A stretch of 64,000 nucleotides of DNA from Candidatus Curtissbacteria bacterium. GTDB taxonomy: Bacteria > Patescibacteriota > Microgenomatia > Curtissbacterales > GWA2-41-24. Made by a program: the position numbers and the translations under genes. Below the pieces are notes generated by a model. It saw nothing but the letters and a program-made list of their open reading frames with translations. It was not told the origin of the DNA and ran no database searches. Positions 20,637 through 29,041 of this stretch are shown here, in pieces. The DNA lies in assembly GCA_030647775.1 (NCBI GenBank), contig JAUSJC010000010.1:200718-264717 (forward strand), written 5' to 3'. Position 1 is the stretch's first letter. The number at the start of each line of letters is the position of its first letter.

Positions 20637-20672
20637 AACGTTATTATAGCAGAGTTTGAAGCTAAATGAGGG

Positions 20673-20743
20673 CTGCGGGACTAGGATTCGAACCTAGATA
20701 AACGGATCCAGAATCCGTTGTCCTACCATTAGACGATCCCGCA
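20673..20743 (-). tRNA. tRNA-Gln (anticodon CUG)
   Basis: Minus-strand cloverleaf: U1:A72 acceptor TGCGGGA/TCCCGCA, D-arm GTCTAATGGTAGGAC, anticodon arm ACGGA-TTCTGGA-TCCGT, T-arm CTAGG-TTCGAAT-CCTAG. No encoded CCA. Confidence 0.75.
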
Positions 20744-20746
20744 AAG

Positions 20747-21013
20747 CTACCTACTTAATTGCTTTAAACTATTTTCAATCTTTCCTTTTAAGACTTCTCT
20801 CCCGTAACCAGATTTGTAAAACTTTTCTTGTTTAAGTGCGTCCTCTTCAGTTAAAAATGCTTCATAAAATACAAGTTTATACGGCCTATTATCTCTAGTA
20901 TATTTGCCTCCAATTCCGTCGTTATGCTCTCTAAACCTGCGCCTTAAATCATTTGTTGATCCTGTATATAATCTTTTATTCTTCAGACTTAATAAAACAT
21001 AAACGTAATACAT
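20747..21013 (-). CDS. small GIY-YIG nuclease-domain protein (COG2827-like)
   Basis: MYYVYVLLSLKNKRLYTGSTNDLRRRFREHN... Start taken at the Met of MYYVYVL. A partial tRNA-Gln 5' half lies immediately upstream. Confidence 0.65.
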   Translation of the reverse strand: MYYVYVLLSLKNKRLYTGSTNDLRRRFREHNDGIGGKYTRDNRPYKLVFYEAFLTEEDALKQEKFYKSGYGREVLKGKIENSLKQLSR

Positions 21014-21083
21014 AAAAGTCCGTTGTCCCTGCCTCATCGGCAGGTCGCCGAAGAGGCGACTACCATTAGACGATCCCGCAAAG
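21014..21083 (-). repeat. partial copy of tRNA-Gln (positions -3 to 31) interrupted by two small hairpins; abuts the GIY-YIG gene start
   Basis: Minus strand reads CTTTGCGGGATCGTCTAATGGTA, then the hairpin GTCGCCTCTTCGGCGAC, then the hairpin CTGCCGATGAGGCAG, then GGACAACGGAC, then TTTT-ATG. Confidence 0.6.
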
Positions 21084-21320
21084 TTAAATCCTTCTTTTCA
21101 AATATGCTCTACCAAAACCTGTTTTTAATTGTTTTTCTCTTCATATAGCTTTTTCCTTAGACAAACACGCTTCGTAGTAAATCAAAATTAATGGAACTCT
21201 ATTTTTTGTTGAGACAACTAGTTCTTGATTGTGAGCTTTTACTCTTTTTTCTAGATTGTCAGTCCAACCTGTGTATAAATTTCCATCCGTTTTGCTTTTT
21301 AACACATAGGTAAAGTACAT
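21084..21320 (-). pseudogene. second GIY-YIG nuclease-domain gene carrying an in-frame TGA (at 21141-21143) in a conserved position
   Basis: MYFTYVLKSKTDGNLYTGWTDNLEKRVKAHN...EACLSKEKAI*REKQLKTGFGRAYLKRRI aligns with paralogue 1 through the stop. The start ATG follows the D-arm-like GTCTAATGGT. Confidence 0.5.
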
Positions 21321-21335
21321 ACCATTAGACCTGCC

Positions 21336-21400
21336 CGCAATGCTACGCTCGCCAGAAACGCTGTATCTACTGCGAGCTGGCATAGCGTTGCAGGCGGGCG
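21336..21400. repeat. family D element (CCTGCCCGCAATGCTACGC ... ATAGCGTTGCAGGCGGG) with a 33 bp internal insertion
   Basis: Compact copies lie at 40369-40404 inside copA and inside the tRNA-like element at 50062-50105. Confidence 0.5.
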
Positions 21401-21488
21401 ACTCCGCATCGCATTAAGATTTTAGCATTTTTAGCCTGCTTTGGATAATTTTGTTAAATTTCTTGAACTTGCTATAGTAGAAGTGTAA

Positions 21489-22055
21489 ATGGCCGGTTCA
21501 AGAGCAGAATTCGTCAAACAAATTCCCGAAACTAAACTTTCCCGCCTGCTTTTTGCGGACACCCGCCTGGCAGTCATTTGGCTTATTATCAGGGTTTATG
21601 TTGGCTGGCAATGGTTTTTTGCCGGTTATGAAAAAGTTATCAGTCCTGCTTGGACAGGGGATAAAACCGGAATGGCGCTCAAAGGTTTTCTTGCCGGGGC
21701 CATTTCCAAGGCTTCCGGTCCGCATCCCGATGTCCAGGATTGGTACGCAGCCTTCTTAAACGGTTTTGTGCTCCAGCACACGACACTTTTTTCCTATATG
21801 GTCGCCTACGGTGAACTTTTAGTTGGTATTGCTCTTATTCTTGGAGTTTTTACGGGAGTGGCGGCCTTTTTTGGAGCTTTTATGAATATGAACTACCTCC
21901 TTGCCGGTACCGTTAGCACAAATCCTATTTTGTTATTGCTCGAAATCCCAATTATTATCGGTTGGCGGGTTGCCGGCTGGTTTGGGCTGGATCGTTTCAT
22001 TTTGTCAAAATTTGGAGTTCCCTGGCACCCCGGACCATTTTTCAGGAAAAAGTAG
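21489..22055 (+). CDS. DoxX family membrane protein
   Basis: 4-TM protein with VYVGWQWFFAGYEKV near the N-terminus. Confidence 0.55.
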   Translation: MAGSRAEFVKQIPETKLSRLLFADTRLAVIWLIIRVYVGWQWFFAGYEKVISPAWTGDKTGMALKGFLAGAISKASGPHPDVQDWYAAFLNGFVLQHTTLFSYMVAYGELLVGIALILGVFTGVAAFFGAFMNMNYLLAGTVSTNPILLLLEIPIIIGWRVAGWFGLDRFILSKFGVPWHPGPFFRKK

Positions 22056-22062
22056 TAAATAT

Positions 22063-22392
22063 ATGGATTTAACCAGCCAAAAATGCGTCCCATGCGAAGG
22101 CGGCACCAAACCAATGACGCAAGATGAGACAAAGCCATATCTGGAAGAGGTCAAAGATTGGCAAGTCGTAAAGCCAAAAGGGATAGACACACTAAGAAGA
22201 GAATTTAAGTTTAAAGATTTCAAAGAAGCTTTAAACTTTGTCAATAAAATTGGCGAGATTGCCGAAGAAGAAGGCCATCATCCGGATATCGAACTGGGGT
22301 GGGGGAAGGTCAAAGTCGAACTTTCCACGCACGCCATCGGCGGCCTATCCGTTAACGACTTCATTCTTGCTGCCAAGATCGATAAAATCTAA
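22063..22392 (+). CDS. pterin-4a-carbinolamine dehydratase
   Basis: Start at the Met of MDLTSQKCVPCEGG. EEEGHHPDIELGWGKVKVELSTH is the PCD signature. Confidence 0.75.
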   Translation: MDLTSQKCVPCEGGTKPMTQDETKPYLEEVKDWQVVKPKGIDTLRREFKFKDFKEALNFVNKIGEIAEEEGHHPDIELGWGKVKVELSTHAIGGLSVNDFILAAKIDKI

Positions 22393-22989
22393 AACCCGCT
22401 CCTCCGTCACTACAAAATCCATTTTTAGATCATGGTTTTCTCTCGGGATCACATCGACTATTTGCAGCTCATATGCCAGTCCAACGCGAACCGCCTTGCT
22501 TTTTGCAAATAGCGTGTCAAACACTCCCTTACCGTATCCCAGTCTCACACCATTCTTATCAAAAGCCACACCGGGGAAAAATGCCAAATCGATTTTACCC
22601 GTGTCGATCATCCCGCCGCTCTTTGGCTCGAGTATTCCCAGCGGTCCTTCTTTTAGATCGCCCCAGCCGCGAAACCGCGCTAATTGATATTCATCAGTCT
22701 CTTTTAAATACTTGGGAAGATAAACCTCCACACCAGCTTCGACAAAAAAATTGATAATATCGTGAGTTTCCACCTCGTTTTTTATTGGTAAATAGAGAGA
22801 AACTCTGTTTCCGGTAGAAAAAATACTGCTCCCAATGATTTTTTTGGTGATTGCTAAGCTTTTCGCGCGAACCTTGCTCGCTGAAAGCTCTACCCTTTGG
22901 GCAATTATCTGTTTTCTAACCCCATTTTTATTTCGAGTAATCGAGAAATAAGCTCTCTTATCCATAAGCCCATTATACATTAGCTTCAA
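22345..22989 (-). CDS. 5-formyltetrahydrofolate cyclo-ligase
   Basis: GYGKGVFD and VGLAYELQIVDVIP motifs. The start may be an internal Met. Confidence 0.7.
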   Translation of the reverse strand: MKLMYNGLMDKRAYFSITRNKNGVRKQIIAQRVELSASKVRAKSLAITKKIIGSSIFSTGNRVSLYLPIKNEVETHDIINFFVEAGVEVYLPKYLKETDEYQLARFRGWGDLKEGPLGILEPKSGGMIDTGKIDLAFFPGVAFDKNGVRLGYGKGVFDTLFAKSKAVRVGLAYELQIVDVIPRENHDLKMDFVVTEERVLDFIDLGSKNEVVNG

Positions 22990-23018
22990 ATGGGTAAAAT
23001 AATGAGCCTTGAATAAGC

Positions 23019-23071
23019 GGAGCTTTTCTACGAATAAGCAAAGCTTTTCTTCGAATAAATATTTGGCTCAC
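23019..23071. repeat. tandem roughly 21 bp direct repeats: GAATAAGCGGAGCTTTTCTAC, GAATAAGCAAAGCTTTTCTTC, GAATAAA
   Basis: They lie in the divergent intergenic region between the 5-FCL gene and the SGNH hydrolase gene. Confidence 0.4.
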
Positions 23072-23106
23072 TTGCCAAAACAAAGTCTTAAAATTAGAAT
23101 TATGGA

Positions 23107-24186
23107 ATGCTCTTCACCCTTTGGGCCCGCCTCTCGTATTTTCTTGGAGATTTCGCTCTTTATTTAATCCTGTTATCAGTCTCTCTTGCTTTGGTGGTTT
23201 TTGGATCTTACAAAGTTTACAAGTCCGATTTTACCGAAAAGAAAAAGAAAATTGCGCTTGCCGTCATTTTTGTAGTCTTTTTCCTGATTTTAGTCTTTAG
23301 CGCCTTCGAAGCCTACTTCCGCTACAGGTATGACCAGTCAGACGGCTTGGGGTTTCTGAAGGTTAACGCCCGCTGGCAGGCCAGACACGTCGTTTTTAAT
23401 AGCGATTTTTTTAGGGACAGGAATTTTGGGGATAAAAAAGAGGGGACTAAAAGAATTTGCGCCATCGGTGATTCTGTAACCTTGGGCGGAGGCATTAAAA
23501 ATACGAGCGACAGGTTTACGAATCTTCTGGAAAAAGAACTCCGTGCGGCAAACTACAATGCCGAAGTCTACAATCTCGGCAAATCGGGCTACGACACCGA
23601 CGGTGAAAAGGCAATTTACGAAAGTACGAAATTTTTAAATTGCGACATTATCATTTGGGCGTATTTTTTAAACGATGTTCAGCCGCAGGGCGCTTCAACC
23701 GGGTCACCGATAATTTCCGCCGAAAGCCGTACCACAAAACTCGTCGCTTTCGTTTCCAATCACTCTTATTTTTTCGATTATCTATATTGGAGACTTTCTG
23801 CCAGGTACGAAAAGACTTTCGGCGAGCTAAGAAATGCCGACCTTGGAGCATACCAAAACCCGCAGGTATTCGAGAGCCACAAAAAAACAGTTATTTCATG
23901 GCTAGGAGAGATGAAGGCGGATAATAAAAAAGTTGTTGTCATCATTTTTCCGTTTGTCCATTTGCTTCCGAACTATCCGGCCGTAGAGATTCATCAGGAA
24001 TTGTGGGGAATTTTCAGAGAAAATGGAGCCGACGGGACTGTTGACCTTTTAGATTACCTAAAAGGCAAAAATGCCAAAGATCTTGTCGCCAGCAAATTTG
24101 ATAACCATCCCAATGAATATGTCCACAAACTGGCCGCCGAAAAACTATTTGAAACAGTAGCCCCGCTTCTTGAAAAAACCAACTAA
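23107..24186 (+). CDS. membrane-anchored SGNH/GDSL family hydrolase
   Basis: N-terminal TM helices and a GDS motif (ICAIGDSVTLGGG). Confidence 0.65.
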   Translation: MLFTLWARLSYFLGDFALYLILLSVSLALVVFGSYKVYKSDFTEKKKKIALAVIFVVFFLILVFSAFEAYFRYRYDQSDGLGFLKVNARWQARHVVFNSDFFRDRNFGDKKEGTKRICAIGDSVTLGGGIKNTSDRFTNLLEKELRAANYNAEVYNLGKSGYDTDGEKAIYESTKFLNCDIIIWAYFLNDVQPQGASTGSPIISAESRTTKLVAFVSNHSYFFDYLYWRLSARYEKTFGELRNADLGAYQNPQVFESHKKTVISWLGEMKADNKKVVVIIFPFVHLLPNYPAVEIHQELWGIFRENGADGTVDLLDYLKGKNAKDLVASKFDNHPNEYVHKLAAEKLFETVAPLLEKTN

Positions 24187-24190
24187 AAAA

Positions 24191-24589
24191 TTACTTGCCC
24201 TTTTTCATCGAACCCGTAGCCTTAACAACACCCCATTGGACCAGTGTCAGGACGACTCCGATAATCGCAACATAGACAAGACTCGAAATCCCTAGGCCTA
24301 AGACCAGAGCGAACCTTTTTATCAGCCACAGCGCCGTGACGTTATAAACAAGGTATATGAGCCCCCAAATGTTTTGGTTTGTCACCTTGTAGCCCGATCT
24401 CTTAACCGCCGGTTCGACAACAAGCATTAAAGTTGTCAGGACGAACCCGGCAATCACAGCCGCCATGGGCGTAGACACCTTATCGTTGCCTAAAACGACA
24501 TTGCCTACGAGTATTAAAGAGGCAGCCAAAAATACCAGGGAATTGGCTATCCAAAGGCTAAAAAAGCTAATTAATTTCTGATTACTCAT
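24191..24589 (-). CDS. small polytopic membrane protein
   Basis: 132 aa ORF with four hydrophobic helices. Confidence 0.5.
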   Translation of the reverse strand: MSNQKLISFFSLWIANSLVFLAASLILVGNVVLGNDKVSTPMAAVIAGFVLTTLMLVVEPAVKRSGYKVTNQNIWGLIYLVYNVTALWLIKRFALVLGLGISSLVYVAIIGVVLTLVQWGVVKATGSMKKGK

Positions 24590-24692
24590 AAAATCACCTC
24601 CTTTTCCTCCAGTGTAGCAAAATAAGCCGTTGTATTCTAGCTTGAGTAGCCTTGCTATTGGCCCGTGGCATGTAATATAGTTAGGCTAGCAA

Positions 24693-24995
24693 ATGGTTTC
24701 CCAGGAAGAAGTTATCAAAAAATTACGGCTTTGCCTTGATCCGGAGTTAGGTTTAAACATAGTCGATCTGGGTCTTGTCTACGGCGTAAATATCGAAGGC
24801 GCCAAAGTTAACGTTCTCATGACTCTAACCACCCCGGGGTGTCCGCTTGATTCTTATTTTGTCCGGGACATTACAGATAAACTCAAATCACTTAAAGGTA
24901 TTTCCGATGTTTCCGTGGAACTCACATTCGAACCGTCCTGGAGTCCGGATAAGATGTCCGAAGAGTCCAAAGACCTTCTGGGGTTTGTAAACTGA
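24693..24995 (+). CDS. DUF59/MIP18-family Fe-S cluster assembly protein (SufT-like)
   Basis: DPELGLNIVDLGLVY...TTPGCP motif. Confidence 0.7.
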   Translation: MVSQEEVIKKLRLCLDPELGLNIVDLGLVYGVNIEGAKVNVLMTLTTPGCPLDSYFVRDITDKLKSLKGISDVSVELTFEPSWSPDKMSEESKDLLGFVN

Positions 24996-25244
24996 CCCCT
25001 GCCCCTCAAATTCGCACCTTGAGCCGTGTATGCCTGCCCGCCTCTGGAGGGAATAATACTGGAAAGACGAAAGGGAAGAATTGTGGGGTTGACCTTCGCC
25101 TTTTCTTCGGGTATCATCAAACCTACAATACAAATTTAAATCTGGCTTTGCCAGTTTAAATTTACCCAATGAGGGAAAGAGAAATATTAAGGCAGATATC
25201 CGCAGGTTGTCTCCTTAAAGTGTCTTAAATTGCCCACTTGACAA

Positions 25245-25292
25245 GAACTATATCTAGTGTCTAATGTGGAATTAGACCACAATATATTGTGC
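25245..25292. promoter_or_regulatory. two NrdR boxes about 32 bp apart, upstream of nrdR-nrdJ
   Basis: Box 1 is GAACTATATCTAGTGT. Box 2 is CCACAATATATTGTGC, which contains a perfect 14 bp palindrome. A TTGACA overlaps box 1. Confidence 0.5.
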
Positions 25293-25407
25293 TTTTGGCA
25301 AATTCGTGAAATAATCCCGTCCCGTTTGACGGGAGCAGTCTGCAAAAGTCAGAAGTACATTTTCATATAAAAGGGCAGTATAAATTAATGTGTAAGGGAA
25401 AGCTAAC

Positions 25408-25872
25408 GTGATTTGTCCGTTTTGCGGTTTCGAAAAGACTTCGGTTGTCGACAAACGTGAAGGCACAAGCGGAAAAACAACAAGGCGCAGGCGCTCTTGT
25501 CTTAAATGCGGCCGCCGGTTTACAACTTTTGAAAGGGTTGAGACGCTTGATCTTTTAGTTATTAAAAAAGACGGCAAAAGGGAAATTTTTGACCGTTCAA
25601 AGTTAAGAAGCGGCGTAATCAAATCTTGTGAAAAACGGCCGGTTTCGGCCGACGATATTGAAAAATTAATAGACGAAGTTGAAGGTGAGCTAAGACGCGA
25701 CGGCAAAGACGAGATTTTGTCAAAAAGGGTAGGTGAGCTTGTCATCCGCAAGCTCAAAAAATTAGATGAGATTGCCTACATCAGGTTTGCATCGGTTTAC
25801 AGGCAATTTGCAGATCTTTCGGATTTTGAAAAAGAACTGGCAAAATTATCAAAAGGTTTAAAAAACAGCTAA
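25408..25872 (+). CDS. nrdR: transcriptional repressor NrdR
   Basis: GTG start. Zn ribbon CPFCG...CLKCGRRF plus ATP-cone. Confidence 0.9.
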   Translation: MICPFCGFEKTSVVDKREGTSGKTTRRRRSCLKCGRRFTTFERVETLDLLVIKKDGKREIFDRSKLRSGVIKSCEKRPVSADDIEKLIDEVEGELRRDGKDEILSKRVGELVIRKLKKLDEIAYIRFASVYRQFADLSDFEKELAKLSKGLKNS

Positions 25873-25877
25873 ACAAA

Positions 25878-28835
25878 ATGAAACAAAGAAAATTCGATAT
25901 TGATAAAGTTGACACCAGAAGCGCAGTCCGCGCCAAGGTTAGGAAAATTGGCCGCCAAATCCCCAAAGCGCCTAAAGACTTATCTGAACCCGCCCTTTCC
26001 GAAAACGCCGCCTATATCGCCAAAACCCGCTACGCTTTTAGAAACGAAAAGGGCGAACCCATCGAATCTCCAAAAGACATGTTCTGGCGGATTGCCTACT
26101 ACATAGGTGCAGCCGATGAAATCTACCTGCCTCGCGGCAAGGCGGGCCACGGCAAGAAGACCCACGAAAAATCGTCCCGCGAATTTTACGAAATAATGGC
26201 AACCCAAAAGTTTATCCCCAACACGCCGACTTTAGTTAATTCCGGCAAAACCGGTCAGTCGCTTTCGGCCTGCTTCGTTCTTCCGGTTGAAGACAACCTC
26301 GAAAGCATTCTAAAAACCATGCACGATATGGCCATGATCCACAAGATGGGCGGCGGTACCGGTTTTTCTTTTTCCCACCTGCGCCCCAAAGACGATGTTA
26401 TCGGGACTTCCAAGGGTAAGACCACCGGCCCGGTAGCCTTCTTGCAGGCTTATAACGACGTTACTTCCCAAATCCGTCAGGGCGGCGTCAGGCGCGGTGC
26501 CAATATGGGGATTCTCCATTACACCCATCCGGATATCCTGCGCTTTGCCGTCCACAAAGTCGACGAATTTTCCCTAACCAACTTCAATATTTCCGTCACT
26601 GTTACCGAAAATTTCATGAAAAAGGTTAAGGAAGATGAAAAGTATGTAACCCAGGAAGCCGATTTCGACCCGGTTATCGAAGAAATTAAAGAAGCCTACA
26701 CCATCCGCGACTTGGATCTCAAAACCGTCAGGATTGAAGAAGGCGTTATCAAACTTTACGATATTTGCCGCTCCAAAACCCAAGGCGAAGGTTACGACCT
26801 TATAAATCCAAAAACGGGTAAAGTTACAGACCGGTTAAACGCCAAGAAATTCTTCGACCTTATCACCAAACTTGCCTGGCAGTATGGCGACCCGGGCATG
26901 ATCCTGATCGACAGGATTAACAGTTCCCGCGCCAACCCGGTTCCCAATATCGGCCCGATCGAAGCAACCAACCCCTGCGCCGAACAGCCCCTGCACGCCT
27001 ACGACGCCTGCACTTTAGGCTCCATCAACCTTGCCAAGTTTGTCGTAGATGCTGACGAAGGAAGCATCGCAGACCCTGAGCGCAGTCGAAGGGTCGTAGA
27101 CGATAAATCAATCGACTGGCAGGAAATGGGAAATGTGATCGCGACTGCCGTCCATTTTCTCGATAACGTCTTGGATATGAATGAATATCCTGTTCCCGAG
27201 ATCGACAAGATGACATCCGCTATTAGGAGAATCGGCCTTGGGGTTATGGGTTGGGCCGATATGCTTGTCAAACTTGGAATCGGCTACGATACCCGGGAAG
27301 CTTTCGACTTGGCCGAGAAAGTTATGAAATTTGTGCAGCGGGAAGCCGACAGTGCCAGCGTGGATCTTGCCAAAACCCGCGGCGTCTTTCCGGCTTTCAA
27401 AGGTTCCATTTACGACAAACCAGCCACTGGCCCTGAGCGAAGTCGAAGGGGCCAGATTCGTCCCCGAAACGGCGCCAGAACCACCATTGCCCCAACCGGC
27501 ACCATTTCCCTTCTTGCCGATTGTTCTTCCGGCATCGAACCGCATTTTGCCTTAACCTATGCCAAAAACACCATCGAAGGTAAACGCCTTTTTAACACCA
27601 ACTCTTATTTTAAAGAAGCGTTGGACGCCCGCGGGTTAGATTCCGAAGACCTGCTTGCCAAGATTAGCGAAAATAAGGGTTCCATCCAAAACATGGACGA
27701 AATCCCCGAGGGCCTGAAAAAAACCTTTGTAGTCGCCGGTGATATCGCTCCGAAAGATCACGTCCAAGTGGCCGCCGCTTTCCAAAAGTTTACCGACAAC
27801 GGCATTTCCAAAACAATCAACTTCTCCAACGAGGCAACTGTCGAGGATGTGCGCGAAGCTTACTGGTTAAGTTACGAACTTGGCTGCAATATGATCACTA
27901 TTTACCGCGACGGTTCGCGCGTCAAGCAGGTTTTGGAAGTCAAAAAAGGTAAATCCTATTACGACCAGCTTACCGGTAAAAGAACAGAGGCAGAAGCCAG
28001 CCAGGAGCCGGCGCTTCCTATAAAGCGCCGCACACCGCAGGAGGCTTGGGGCATGCGCGTTCGTAAAAAAGCCGATGTCGGTCAAGTCTATACTTCCGTT
28101 TTTCGTGATGTTGATGGTGCCCCGATTGAAGTTTTTGTCACCATCGGCAAAACCGGCGGCTATGTTGCCGGCGCGGCCGAAGTTACCGGGCGTCTGGCTT
28201 CGCGCGCCTTAAAATACGGCGCCACCTTGGAAGAAGTTGCCTCCGATCTTATCGGTATTGCCTGCGGCACTCCCTACGGTTTTGGTACTGAAAGCGTCCT
28301 TTCCGCCTTTGACGCTATCGGCAAATCCTTAATCGAAATTTCCAAGGCCAAACAGCTTCAGCTACCGATGGACAGTCAAGCACAGGCGCAAAACTCGGAA
28401 GTTACCACCCTTTCAATTTCGAATCCTACAAACGGTAACGGCCCGCTTCGCCCGCTCAGCGAGGCGAGCCATACCAACGCCAATGGCAACTCCAACGGAC
28501 ACACCCGCCCGACAACGCCTTCGACGTTAGTCGATGGCGGGCGGGCCAACGGTAATGGTCATACAAACGGTCCGCTTCGCCCGCTCAGCGAGGCGAGCCA
28601 TACCAACGGTAGTAATGGGGTGCAGACAACCCTAAGCAGCCTGGTTGGTACTCCCGTTCCCCAGGTCGAAATCAAGCAGGGGAATAACGGTCTGGTTATT
28701 GCCGCTTTGCACGATGAAGAAAAAGCCCTGGAAACCAAATTCACTTCCTGCCCGGACTGCGGATCACCGCTTGTCTACGCCGAAGGCTGCCGCAAATGCG
28801 TCAACGTCACCTGCGGCTGGAGTAAATGTAGTTAA
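25878..28835 (+). CDS. nrdJ: class II (adenosylcobalamin-dependent) ribonucleotide reductase NrdJ with a C-terminal zinc ribbon
   Basis: NPCAEQ active-site region. C-terminal CPDCGSPLVYAEGCRKCVNVTCGW. Two in-frame family A inserts (ADPERSRRVVDD at 27072-27095; TGPERSRRGQIR at 27429-27453). A low-complexity tandem repeat (GPLRPLSEASHTN) lies at 28441-28609. Confidence 0.85.
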   Translation: MKQRKFDIDKVDTRSAVRAKVRKIGRQIPKAPKDLSEPALSENAAYIAKTRYAFRNEKGEPIESPKDMFWRIAYYIGAADEIYLPRGKAGHGKKTHEKSSREFYEIMATQKFIPNTPTLVNSGKTGQSLSACFVLPVEDNLESILKTMHDMAMIHKMGGGTGFSFSHLRPKDDVIGTSKGKTTGPVAFLQAYNDVTSQIRQGGVRRGANMGILHYTHPDILRFAVHKVDEFSLTNFNISVTVTENFMKKVKEDEKYVTQEADFDPVIEEIKEAYTIRDLDLKTVRIEEGVIKLYDICRSKTQGEGYDLINPKTGKVTDRLNAKKFFDLITKLAWQYGDPGMILIDRINSSRANPVPNIGPIEATNPCAEQPLHAYDACTLGSINLAKFVVDADEGSIADPERSRRVVDDKSIDWQEMGNVIATAVHFLDNVLDMNEYPVPEIDKMTSAIRRIGLGVMGWADMLVKLGIGYDTREAFDLAEKVMKFVQREADSASVDLAKTRGVFPAFKGSIYDKPATGPERSRRGQIRPRNGARTTIAPTGTISLLADCSSGIEPHFALTYAKNTIEGKRLFNTNSYFKEALDARGLDSEDLLAKISENKGSIQNMDEIPEGLKKTFVVAGDIAPKDHVQVAAAFQKFTDNGISKTINFSNEATVEDVREAYWLSYELGCNMITIYRDGSRVKQVLEVKKGKSYYDQLTGKRTEAEASQEPALPIKRRTPQEAWGMRVRKKADVGQVYTSVFRDVDGAPIEVFVTIGKTGGYVAGAAEVTGRLASRALKYGATLEEVASDLIGIACGTPYGFGTESVLSAFDAIGKSLIEISKAKQLQLPMDSQAQAQNSEVTTLSISNPTNGNGPLRPLSEASHTNANGNSNGHTRPTTPSTLVDGGRANGNGHTNGPLRPLSEASHTNGSNGVQTTLSSLVGTPVPQVEIKQGNNGLVIAALHDEEKALETKFTSCPDCGSPLVYAEGCRKCVNVTCGWSKCS
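28441..28609 (+). repeat. coding tandem repeat inside nrdJ (two roughly 40 nt copies of CCGCTTCGCCCGCTCAGCGAGGCGAGCCATACCAACG) in an N/G-rich linker
   Basis: Copies lie at 28441-28480 and 28571-28609. Confidence 0.6.
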
Positions 28836-28837
28836 CC

Positions 28838-29000
28838 CAACCGACCGTCATTCTGGAGCGAAGCGATAGAATCTTGTTTACCATTCCGAAGTCTTGACGA
28901 AGGATGGTCATTGCGAGCAAAGCGAAGCAATCTCTCTTATATTGTTCGAGCTTGTCGAGAACTTTCCTTTTTGTCATTCTGGCCATTCGGCCTTGAGCTC
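28838..29000. repeat. cluster of family B elements (GTCATTCTGGAGCGAAGCG..., GTCATTGCGAGCAAAGCGAAGCAATC) and a family E element (GTTCGAGCTTGTCGAGAAC)
   Basis: Intergenic between nrdJ and the peptidase S51 gene. Confidence 0.55.
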
Positions 29001-29041
29001 ATGGTCGAAAGACTTGACCAGAATCTGCTACAATTTCCCTT

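Noticed and set aside
21141-21143. In-frame TGA in the second GIY-YIG gene as evidence for an alternative genetic code (UGA sense codon)
   Set aside because: TGA is used as a terminator by several well-supported genes here, including secF, lysS and the YHS gene. A nonsense mutation in a decaying paralogue is the simpler explanation.
28441-28609. Direct repeats with spacers that could be mistaken for a CRISPR array
   Set aside because: There are only two copies. They lie in-frame inside nrdJ, encoding a GPLRPLSEASHTN linker. No repeat-spacer periodicity or cas genes are present.
25878-28835. Intein in the unusually long NrdJ
   Set aside because: The extra length is accounted for by short repeat-derived inserts and a low-complexity linker. 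No Hint/endonuclease blocks and no C-terminal HN or Ser/Cys/Thr splice-junction residues are visible.
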